A stretch of DNA of 64,000 nt from Kiritimatiellia bacterium (GTDB lineage: Bacteria > Verrucomicrobiota > Kiritimatiellia > RFP12 > UBA1067), in NCBI GenBank assembly GCA_045599445.1, contig JAZRWB010000027.1, forward strand, positions 1,344-65,343. Direction: 5' to 3'. The translations under genes and the position numbers were made by a program. Shown here in pieces: positions 27,335-39,300 of the stretch; within the stretch, counting starts at the first letter, position 1, and every line of letters starts with the position of its first letter. Below the pieces are notes generated by a model that made no database searches, was not told the origin of the DNA, and was given only the letters and a program-made list of their open reading frames with translations.

Positions 27335-30300
27335 TTACTTTTGGAATACCTTGATTTGATACATGGCTCCGGTCGCGTCCTCTTCCGCGAGCGGCATTTC
27401 GATTACCGCCTCGGTCTTGCCGAGCGTAATCGTGCCCTCCTTGGCGACGATCGGCTTCGCGGCGAGCGAAGTGTACTTCAAGATCCGGTATTCGACCGTG
27501 AGGTTTTCCACCGCCGGGAAGGTGTAGAAGACCGCGAGTTCCGAATCCGTCGCGGCCGACTCGACATCGGCCACAACCTTGAACTTCGCCTTGCCGTCCA
27601 CCACCTCGAAGTTGGCGATTGAAAGCGAGTGTTCGGCGATCTTGGCATCGGTCGTCGCCTTGATAATGGCGTCGTTCGGATCCTCGCCTTCCCCGACATC
27701 GAGATTCATCATCGCCGCCAGCAAGTTGGCGTTGCCGAGCGAGGTGCTCATCAGCGTGGCAAGGCCGCTCGCCGCTTCATTCTTCTTGCTCGTGTCGTCC
27801 AAAGTGCCGACCAAGTCCTTCATCGAGACATAGCTACCGGCGGTGCGCGGGTCGAGCTCGGCGGCGCCATTGGCGGTCAGGTTACCACTCTTCTTCCATT
27901 CCCAGGCATCGGGCAAACCATCCTGATCGGTGTCGCAATCGTCGATGTAGACGGTTACCAGATTATGCGTTCCGACCTTCGGCCCGACCTTGATCGACTT
28001 CGAGGTGTAGATTATGCCGTCGCGCTGATCACGAACGCAGGCATATCCCCAGCTTTCCCAATTGTCGCGCTTGCCGTTATTGTTGGTGTCGATGTAGGCC
28101 ATTACATAGTAGCTGCCCTCGGTAAGCCCGATGATCGAGGCGTTCTTGGCCGGCGCAGTCGTCGTGCTACTGACGCTATTCTTGTCCTCGGTCTTGACAT
28201 AACCCGCAGAGGCGGAAAGCCCGGAGAAGTCGGGCGTATCGAACGCCTCGACGCGAACGGTACCGCCAGTGAGAACGTCCGGGTGTCCGAAGTACTTGAC
28301 CGCGACTTCAATCGTGCCGTAATCGAGCTGATCCTCGGGAACGTTCATTCTGAAGGTCGCCGTCGCGCTCCACTTGGGCTGACGGAACTTCGCGTTGAGC
28401 GACGTGATCTTCCAGTTGTAAGTTTTGTCGTTGGCGAAGACCTTGCTGCCGGGAGTGATGTCGCCGACGCAAATCGGCGCAACCCAGGTGTAGTAGCCGT
28501 CGGCGCCTCTGGCCGGCATCAACTGAATGCCGCTATTCCAAACGAATCCATCATCGCCAGAAACCTCGATTTGGAACGCGGTATAGCTGTTGTAGCCGTT
28601 GTCGGTCCACTTGAAAACCGGACGCGCCGAATACACCACCCCGTCGCTCGTTCCGCCCGGCGCCACCGGCGTCGGAACCTTGCGCAAAGCGTAGCTATCG
28701 TAGCGACGAACGATGCTCTGCGCAAGAATCGTCGCGTTGGTGCTATTCGCGATATCGGTAATGCCAGTCTTTGTGCCATTGACGGAGTCGTCAATCTGCG
28801 CATTGCCCAATATAATGCTGAAGATCGCCTCCGCGGTGTCGGCGTTCGCCGCCCCTTCGGGGATTATACCCCAGCCAATATCGTAGATTCCTTTGTCCGG
28901 ATCCAATATATCGCCCTCGTGGAGGTAATCGCGCCCGGACTCGGAGAAGTCAATAACTTTGTCCATCACCTTGTAGCCGTTGATGTACACGTTTTCCGCC
29001 TCTTCGGCGCCGTTCATCTTCACCGCCGTCATATAGGCGCGAACCCAGTGGGTCGTGGCGTCGACCGCCGCGCCGCTCGACACGGAATCGATGACATCGC
29101 CGGTATCGGAACGAATGACCTGGCGATCGGTGAGGCCGGTCGTGGCCTGATAGCGCGCGAACACCGGGTTCGTATCGGTGAGCTCGATAGCGAGCTTGCC
29201 GTAGTTCCAGCCGACGTCCACGCCGTAGGCGATACCGAACGGTTCGCCCGGGTCGTACTTGCCGTTCGCCTGAATAGTGTCGGCGAAGACGATGAAGTTG
29301 TTCTTGCCCTCCCTGATGTGGCCGACGGAGTTGTTGGTCTCGCTACGCGGATCGGCGTCGCCGAGGTAATAGACCGCGGTCTTGCCCGCCGTCACCGGCT
29401 TCGACAACCAGGAGAAGCGCATGTAGCAGTTCGCATAGGTGTAGACCGACCAGCGGCTCGCGTCCGTGGGGTCGGCGAGATTGTACGCGAAGTCCATATA
29501 TTCCGGGAGCGCGGTAAAGTCGAGCGTAACCGCACCGGTCGCGTAATTGATTTCACCGAGCACGATGTCCCTGCCCGTTTCGTCCTTATGCCAGAGGACG
29601 ATGTCGCCCTTGCCCGAGCCGTCGTTGCGCATCTTGTCGTGCGCCGACTCTTCCCAAGTCGCGGTGTCGGCGCCGTAGATGTAGCCCTGGCCGGTGATGA
29701 TGTCGACCGCGACCCAACCCGGATCCTTGCACTCGAGTTTGAACGAGCCGGCGACCACGCTGCCGGGAGAGAGGTGGGTCATCACTTCTCTGCCAGGGTT
29801 CATCCCCACGAACTTGGTCTTCGCCATGCCGTTGGTGTTGGAGGTGGTCCTATTGTCATTGTCCGCATTCACCTCGCCAATCGTCCACTTCGCATCGGGA
29901 ATCGACTGGAAGGTGCGGCTCTTCTCGTCGGCGCAATTCCACGCCTGCACCACGATCGGGCAGTTGACGTTCTGCTCTCCGAGGTAGGTAATCGACGCCT
30001 CGATAATCGGCACGGGATACTGGGCGACCTCGATGCCGTCGATGGCGAGCGAGGCGTTTTTCGTCGGATCGGTGTCGGCCTGGAATTCCGCGTAGTTCGT
30101 CCACCCGTCGCCGTCGGCGTCCTTGTTGGCGTCGTAGACGTAGGGGCTGACTGCGGCGAGATTGCCGAATTTCACTTCCCAAGTATCGTCCATGTGGTCG
30201 TGATCGGTGAAGACGTCGGCGATATAGAGACGGCCGAGCTTCGCGTAGGCGTCGGGCACGTAGCCGTTGGTCTTGGGATTGATCGGATCGAAGGACGTTC

Positions 30301-33300
30301 CGGGAATCGTGTAAACCTCGTTAAGGAGGTACTCGACGTAGTTCGAAAGTCCGTCCTTATCGCTGTCGGTGTGGCCGTTTTGGCCCGAGATACCGTAGAT
30401 CTGCTCCCACCAATCGGGCAGTCCGTTGCCGTTGAAGTCCGCCTTATCGCGGAAGTCGGGGTTCTGCGTGCCGTCCGGCATAAGTCCGGCGACGAGATCG
30501 CGCATATACTCTTCGCCGGTCTTGCCGGGATACAGCGTTTCGTACCAGTCGGGAATGCCGTTGCCGTTAAGGTCGGCGCCGGTCTGCGTCCAGGCGGTCA
30601 TCGCGCCCTGGCCATCCCAATAATCGACGTCGCGTTTGGCCCAGGCGTCGCCCAACGGGACGAGATCGCTGTTGCCCACGAAGCCATAGCGCGCTTCGAA
30701 GCGAATCTTCATCACCGCCTCGTCGAAAGCCGGATACGCTCCCGCCAACTGCACGGTCTTGCGTAGACGCATCCCGAGCTCGTCGCCCAAGGCGCCGAAG
30801 CCGTAGGGGTTGCCGCCGTTGGGAATCGCATAACTGTCGAAACCGACGGTGGACGAAGGCGCGTAATTCGCGCGGTTCTCCGCCCAGAAGAGCGAGTCGG
30901 CGAACGAACCGTCGAACCGCTTCAGGTGCGTAACCGTATTTTCAATCCACGGCACAAGCCGATAATCGGTGTAAACCGCGCTCTTGACCGTGCCGTCGTT
31001 ATCCGCCCACCATTGCGGAATCTGATAGCCCTCGTTATCGCCATCGTTGACCTTCGGATCGACGCCGAAGTCGTTCGGGGTTTTTGCAACATCGCCCGCC
31101 GCGACCGCACCGGGCAACGACGAGAAGTTGTAATGCTGAATGAGTTGCGGCGGCAGAACTTGCTTGCCGGCGGTCGTGGCGTTGTCATTCCGCTCGCCGT
31201 TCTTCTGCCACGCGGCGTAGATTTCGTCGCGATTCGCGGCAACGTCCTCATCGGTGTACGCCTTGGTGTATTCGCTCTTAATCGCATCGCCCGCGCGAGC
31301 GCCGTCCCAAATGCGGACTTCGGAGACATAACCCGCGAAGAAGTCCTTGAGATACGTGCCGAGAGTTTCGACGACCGGGAACTCCATCGGATCGAGAATA
31401 TGCCGTGCGCCGATTACGAATGCGCCCGGGTTCGCCACGAACGAAGCCGAAGGATAGGAATTGGTGCTGGTCGGATCCTGCAGGAACGTGACGACGCCGT
31501 TCGCCGGCACCAACGAAGTCGCGGTTCGAACGGTTTCTTCGCCGTTGACGTAGAGGCAAAGTTCGACGCCATCGTAGGAGAGCGCAACATGCGACCACTG
31601 GTTAAGCGGCAACTCCGACGGAGATTCGATCGCACAGCCGGTGTTGACGCCGACGGTCCCGGACTCCACCGCCGCCGAGCTATCGAAAAGTCCGCGCACC
31701 TTGCCCTCGGCGGTAAGCTCGAGGCGGAAATTGGCACGCCAGTGCGTTTCGCCCTGAATGTCGCCCGCGGTCGCCGGATCGTACGTAGAGCCACGTTCGA
31801 GAATCGTGCCGCCCTTGGCCTCGGGCTTCACCCAGCACTCTACCGTGAACTGGCGGAACATATCGTACGAATTGTTGAATTCGACCGGAGTGCGCTGGTA
31901 AGCGGCGCCCGCGCCGTCGAAGTGAATCGCCGAACGATGGTAGGGATCGGAGCCAACGAGCGGATCGGTCGCACCAATCACGCCCTTGGTGACTTCAATC
32001 GAGTCGGTCGTCCAGTCGTTGTCGGTATCGAAGCCCTCGTTACGCTCGAACGAATAGGCGAACATGCCGTCATCGTCCGTAGTCGACGGAAGCCAACCAT
32101 ACGCGCCGAGACCGGCCAAATAGCCATAGCTCTGACGAGTAACGGAGAGTAACGCCGTCGGCTCGGTCATCCAAAGCGGCGAGGGGTCGGTGTGTTTGGT
32201 GGTCGGGCTGGTGAGGTTGCCGTTGATCGCTTCCTCGAAGTTGCGGAGCTTGTCGCCGTCGGGATCGCCAATCGGATCGCCGGCAAGCCACGGATACTTC
32301 TCGAAATCGAGCGAAGGCGCCGTATTGCCGAACTCGTTCCAAGCATTCATGTCGGCGCTGATCAGGCCGTAGGCGTCGGCGATGATATCGCTGCCCGAGC
32401 CGCCGTAAATTGGGTTAAGACCGTGATAGAGTTCCCAATAATCGTCCATGCCGTCGTCGTCGCTATCCCAACGACGCGGATCGGTCGACACGTAGGTAGC
32501 GGCTTCAATGCGTTTCTGGCCCAAATTCGCGGGGAATAGCGATTCGGTCACATAACGCATCAATGCCGTCGGCGGCAACATGATCTTGCCGAACATGTAG
32601 ATGTTGCACGGGTCCCAGACGTTCGGCGCCGGAGCCATGTAGCCGAGAGCCGCCCAGTCCCACTCCTCGCCGTTCGCGGCGTAGAGGTTCTGCGGATCGT
32701 TGTAGATGTTGACCATGCTGTTGGGCATCATTTCGTCGCCAAAGACCGCAAGCTTGTAGGCGTCGACATCGCAGTAGTCGAACTGCGGATATTCGTAACC
32801 CGCAACCCCTCCGGCGGCGTCTTTGCTCGCCCGCGGGCTTACTGCCACATCACCGGGCTCAATCTCTTCTTCCTCTTCCTCGGCGGCCGTCGGCATCGGG
32901 CCGATGGTCGGAAGCGCGTCCTCGTCGCCAAGCCACCAGACCACGCGACCGTTGAGCGGAGTTTCCGCGTCGTCGTAACGGAACGAACGCACCGCCTGCA
33001 CCAGATATTCCTGCCAGTTCTGCAGACCGTCGCCATCGAAGTCGTAGTCGCGGAAGGTGTGCGTACGACTGTCGATAATGCTACCCGTATAATCCGTGAA
33101 CGCATCAAGACCGTGGGTCGCGTCCATACCGCCGATAATGTAGTAGCCGTTGCCGTTGTCGCCGACGCCTTCATCATCCGCGCCTGTCGGTACCATCCGG
33201 GCGTTGAAAAGCCCGTCGGCGATTTTAAGCCGCTCGGTGTATTCCGCGGCGTTGTTGAACATCACATTGCCGGCGCCGTCCACCACAATGCCGGCGAACT

Positions 33301-36300
33301 GCATTTCCCAGGGATCGGGCAATCCGTCGAAATCGGTATCGACCGCGCAGGGGTTCATGCCGCCGCCGCGGAAGCAAATCGTCGATTGATCCGCCTCGGT
33401 GTCGTAGCTATTATCGTAATTGAAGGTGAACTTATGCAAAGTACCGTATGTCTCGCGACCATCGTAGAAAACATCCAACCATTGACCGCCTTCTTGCCCA
33501 GCCTGCATACCCTCTTCGATTCCGTCGCCGTCGGTATCGGCGTTATTCGGATCGGTCGGGAAGAACTTGTTGGGCCACACCGCGCCCTTGTTCGCGTAGA
33601 TCGACTCGCAATCCTTGTAGGCGATGGTCGAGTCGGTGCCGGCGAATTCGAGCGGCGAGCGCAAAGTATCGTCATCCGTGTCGGGGTTCGCATCCTGGGC
33701 GTTATTGGGGTCCAACCCGACGTAGAGTTCCCAGCCGTCCGGCACGCCGTCGCCGTCGGTATCCGCGCCGTGTCTCTCGTTCGCGTATTCCGACTCCATA
33801 TCGCCGTAGGTCTTCGAATACGGCTTGGACGGATTGGTGGTGTTCGCCTGGAACTTATCCATAATCTTGTCCTTGTCCGTGAACGCACCGGTCGCCTTGC
33901 GATACTTGAAGAGCAGGAACTCGTCAATCGTATAGTACGGCGTGGTATTCTCGGCCATTCCGGCGAGCCCGCCCTTGCTGTGCCACCGAACTCCCAGGCA
34001 TCCAACCGAGTCCGAATACCATGCAGTACGCGGATCGAAGCCGAGATAGGCGTAGACCTGGTCGTGAATAATCGTATAATCCGTAAAGAAGTCGATGTAA
34101 ACGGTCAAACTCGTGGCCGTTGCGGGAATCGACACCTTGGCGCACTGGAGAGCGCGCGTACGCGGAATCGTCTTCGCCGCGCCATTCACATTCATCGTAA
34201 AGAAGAGCTTGTCGCGATCACCGTCGCCGAGGTGGGCGCCGCGGAAGCTGCCCTTTGCCATGAGCGCGGCCTCGTTCCCGGCGAACGCCGCTATCGAGCG
34301 GTCGGGGCAGACATACACCTTATGGGTGTCTCCCTCGTCCCATTCGACGAACGCCGTCCCTAAGCCCGGAACCTTGATGCCATCAATATATTCGTACATT
34401 TCAAGCGTCGCCACGGCCATAAAGTCGCCGTCGGGATTGGTCAAGCTCGGCGAAACCTCTTCGTTGCTAAGCGGATTAAGTCCGCGCAGAACTTCCCAAC
34501 CGTCGGGCATACCGTCGCCGTCGGAATCGCAATTGATCGGATTGGTGCCAATCAGGAATTCCTCGAAGTCGGTAAGTCCGTCGTTATCGAAGTCGCGACT
34601 GCGGAGCGTACCGCGCGTCGCCTCGTTACCCTCGGCCACGCCAGGCACGGTCGGATTGAAGGCAAGCGCGACATCTGCGGCAGGAATTTCCTCCTTTTCG
34701 ACATCGTCCTCGTTGAACTTATAACCCTTCATCAATTCCTGCCACTTGCCCTCGCCATTGGGATAACCGACCGTCGCACCGTACCAGAACCAGTATTCGT
34801 AACCGTCGGGAAGTCCGTCCTTATCCGTATCCGCCTCAATTGGGCTAGTCGGGTTTTCCGGCGTCCACTTGCACCTATTCTCGTCCTTCCAGAACGCGGT
34901 CAGCGCATTCGCCTGCTCCTCGTTAAGCGCCGCCAAGGCCTTCATATCCTCGGTGGCCACCGGAACTTTCAACGACTCGTCTTCCTTGGCTTCCGTCTCG
35001 TTATAGTACGTCCGGAAGGCCATCTCCTCGTAAATCGTAAAGTCGCGATCGGGGAGCGATTCGTCAGCGTTGGGATAACGGGCGTTGAGGCCTTCGCCGA
35101 AGCCGCGAATTTCGAGGAATGCGTTGAACGCGCCGCCCACGGTCTCCCAGTTATTGGAAACGTTGGGGACGAGCGAATTGCCGCTCGAGCTCTTGCCGGG
35201 CAAAAAGTCCTCGTCGTCATTATACGCCGAAACGTCCGCAAGGTCGTCGCCGGTTACCTTATTCTTATCGGCGATGCCGAAGCCGTATTCCACGACGGCA
35301 AGGTCGGGGATACCGTCTTGGTTGATATCGCCGCAGTTATCGGCCACGCGATATTCTTTGGAGAAAATCGCCTCCATAGTCGTCGCCTCGTAGCCGAGAT
35401 CGTCCTGCCCCTTCTCGGTCGGCAAATAGACCGGCGAGGGCGTTGGCGTTTCTCCGGCCTTTTCCGGCGAAAGGCCACCGTAAATTGCGCTCTCTACACC
35501 ACTATCGCTCTTCGTCGCCCTAAGCCAGGCGTAGAAATACGAGTCCTTGTCGCCAGGATAGCTATAGGCGGTCTCGGATTCTCCCTTTTCCGAACCCTTA
35601 TCGTTCAACGCAATCTCGTATTTATCATCCTGCTTACTACTTGTGTGTCCCTTCTTGTAGCCGACGGCCACTACTTCGGCAAGTTCCTTCGACCCCATGT
35701 TCCATTGCAATTCAAAGGATCTCACCCTATCAAGCGAACCATCCGCCCACACATAACCCTCGCCAAGCCCCTTCGCGGTATTATAGTACTTCGAAAGCGA
35801 GGAAGTGGCGATTCCCGCAGAAGGCCCGTGCGCTATTGTAGTCAGCGACTTGGTGGCCGCGACCGTAACGTACCATGTCTGCTCGTAGTAGCCGTTGCGC
35901 ACGCCGTCAACCGTCTCGTCATCCTTGTCCTTGACGGTAAGCACAATATCCACGACGCCCGGGGAATCGTACGTCGGGGTGAAGGTTTGAGTAGTTTTGT
36001 CCATTACCTTTGCGCCGGCCGTTGATTGTACCTTGCCATTAACCGACCAAGTATACTCAAGCCCCGTCGACAAATCGTCCGCCGCCTCCTGGGTAACATT
36101 CCAAGTAATGGACGTCGGCGCCTTGGGCGCGGCGTTGGTCGCCGAAGTGTACGCTCCGAGCGACGCCGGCGAAATGACGATTACCGGCGCCACGTTGTTG
36201 ATGTACACCGTGGCTTCAGCGCTCGCGTAGTAGTCCGACCACTTCTTATCATCGGAATTCTTATTTTCGGCCTCGGTCTTATTGGGGTCGTCAACCACCT

Positions 36301-39300
36301 TCGCCTCGATCTTGAAGCCGTTCTGGCGGCTTTCCGAAGTTCCGTCCAAATCTTTGAAGGTAAACTGCAACCTACCGTCCATCGGGCTTTCCTCGTCGCC
36401 TTGGGCGGCGATAGTGCCAGTGTAGATGTCCACATTCCCTTCTTTGCCCTTCGAGGTCAAGCCCGCGAACTCCAATTTCCCCGGATTTGTACCAGTCCCG
36501 AGGGGCGTGACCCTTACCTCCACCGGCAGCGCAACGTCCTGAACTTCGCTCAACTTTAGCCGCAGCTTGAAGCCAAGATCGGTTTCCAAGAATTCGCGCC
36601 CGTCAATCGTCTGCTCTTCGGCGGCATCGACAATCGAGATGTAGGGCTGGCTCGCGACCTTGACGTAGAAGTAGAACGGGACGATCGCCTCCTCGTCGGT
36701 CCACGGCACATTACCGTCCGCATCGCGCATATCCTTGTCGGCGACTTGCACCTTAACGAGCGCATCGCCGGCGATGGTGAATGTATGCTCAATCTTGAAC
36801 TTCGCGGAATCGTTCGGATTGCCGTAGACGAAAGCTTCTTCAACGGTTTCCTTGCCGTTCTTGCCTTCGACAATCGAATAGCGCAAAACGAAGATCTTCT
36901 TATCGTCCTCCGGTTTGACGGCCGACTCGTCTTTCGCCGTGCGATCAATGTCGGACGGTTCGTTGATTTTGAAGGTAAAGACCTTCTTGACGCCTTTGGG
37001 CACGCTGACCGGATTGAGCTTCTGGTCGTGCATCGTGTCCAAATTGGAGTCAACGTAATTTGAACCCATGTAGACCCTGCCTACGGTCGGAATTACATTG
37101 GTCGAATAGAAGCGGAGATTGTTCGAGTTGTATCCGCCGATGATTCGATCTTTGCTGTACGTGCCTTTGCCGTCGTCTTCAGTAGGTTTGCAAAGTACAA
37201 TCTTGAAGCTAAGCCGAGTGCTGGGCGTCTTGCCGTCAAGCAACTTAAAGCTATAGATAGGATCGATAATCGACTCCGCCTTACCGTTCTCGATTTCCAC
37301 GCCTTCATCGTCCTCTCCGCGCTTGCCGATAATCATCGCGCCGGACACACTATTGCTGGTCGCTTCGTCCAACGGCTCCAAAAACGCATAGCAAGACTTG
37401 CCTGTGTCGTCCTGATAAGGTTTCGTAAGCGTGAACTTAACGTACACATCCTTGCCTTCTTCGTAAGTTCCGGTATCGGCGAAGGTCATGTTGTCCGGAC
37501 TAATCTGCGCGCTAATCTGCGCCGGTTCGCTGACGTGAACCTTGATCGAGAGCGGCAAACTGCGGATGCTATTATCGGTTGGCGCACGAAGATAGAAACT
37601 CGTATTATAATCACCAGCGGCGTACTTTAGCGACGGACGCTTGGTGGTGAGCACGCCTTCTTCGATCTTATACAGCTTGCGGCTCGAAAGATCGACGCCC
37701 CAGCGTCCTCCCAAATCCGTCCACGAATTACTATCGAGATCGGCATCGGGATCGCCGTCCTTCTGGTAATAAATTTGGTAACCCGTCGAATCGTTGATGT
37801 TCTTATAGTTGTCGGCGACCATAAGATCGAACGCTACGTCCGCTCCGCCGACGGCGTTCTTCTCGGGCGTCTCCGTCGTAAGCTTGGGCGACTCGAAGTT
37901 GAAATACACCTGTGCGTTCTTGTAGCCGCCGGAGAAATGCGACGCGGCCGTAGGATCCACCGACGGCTTGAAAATCACTCCTTGACTCGAGAAATTGCCT
38001 TCCGCCGTCTTGTTGTCCGCACCCAAGGCGTAAATATACAACTTCTGCGTGAAGCCGGCGAAGATCGTCGCGGCATCGGTGTACTGCTTCGTCCACGACG
38101 CACCCGCCGACGACCATGCGCCGACGCCATCAGAATCGGAAATCCGCACATACTCGCCAAGCTTATCCAAGCCCGCGACGCCACTAATCTCGGGCGTTAC
38201 GGTAAGCGTAAGCGTGTCGCCAGTGTAGCCGGGCGCAACCTTAACGTTGATTTCGGCTACCGGCTTGAAGTTAGTGTCGCTCGCGGCCGGCACAATTACG
38301 GCCTCGCGCGAGGATTCGATCTCCACATTCGGCGCCAACTCCGCGATACAAGCGACGGGGATCGCCAAATAACCCTTGGGGTCGACTTCGCCGGTACCAA
38401 GCGTCCGGAAGCCCTTGGTTGGGCTGAGATACAATATGGTAGATCCGCTATCGACCTTGGCTTTGGCTGGAATCTTCTGCGTCAATCCCGACGAGGTGAA
38501 TTTACAAGCATACACCCACCTGGTAACCTTTCCGGAGGGGTCGGCGGGGTTAACCATCTCAACTTGCTCGGTGCCATCCGCGTCCTCCAATGTAATCAAA
38601 TCCTCGTTATCGCTCCAAACGTAAACAACCGGAGAGTCTCTTTTCGGAATGCCCGTCGCCACGATTTCGGCGGCGAACGGTTCGCTCTCGGTGGAGTTCT
38701 TGTGGATACCGCGCCACGCCGTACCCGCCTCGTACCACCGCGAAGAGTCGTTATGGTCCTTGAAATCAATATTCTTGATGTAAAATCCGCTTTCCGCCAA
38801 GTCGGTGTTGGTGGTCAACGCTTCAACACCCTCGGGTTGCGACATAGAGCGCTTCCAATCCTGATAAAACACAAGCCGCGCACTGTCGCCGGAAGCGTTG
38901 GTAAGTGCCCAATCACCCCAAAGATAAATCTCCGGCTTGGTGTCATCAGTACCAATCGCGTGCCCTTCTCCATCGCAAGCAAGTAGCACCGGCAACGCCA
39001 AGTCGCCCGGTTGAGCCGTGTACTTGAACACCATTTGCGTAAGCCCCGGTGCGCCTACGCTTTTCATATCGTGCGGCCATCGATCAAGCACGGCGTCTTC
39101 CGTACGTCCGCCGATGACAATGCCGATTGTCGGCGGGAAAAGCACTTCCGCTGTGGCCTCCGACCCCAAGCCAGTATATTTAAACACCCACGGCTCGGTA
39201 TTTTCAAGCGGAACTCCCGAATCCCACTTGGCATTGAAAAGTCGCACTACAAAGGCGAATTCTGGGTCGGGATCGCCGACTCCAGGCCCGCCAATCGGTT

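Noticed and set aside
27335-27680. Possible shared C-terminal sorting module between the 4037-aa and 792-aa proteins (LSIANFEVVDGKAKFKVV...MYQIKVFQK versus LKITSIAVDSTTGVITIG...YNFFRLELRFE at 48238-48500)
   Set aside because: Only a loose beta-strand-like pattern is shared, with no alignable motif. I see no PEP-CTERM, LPXTG, T9SS-CTD or autotransporter barrel signature. This is too weak to claim without profile or structure comparison.
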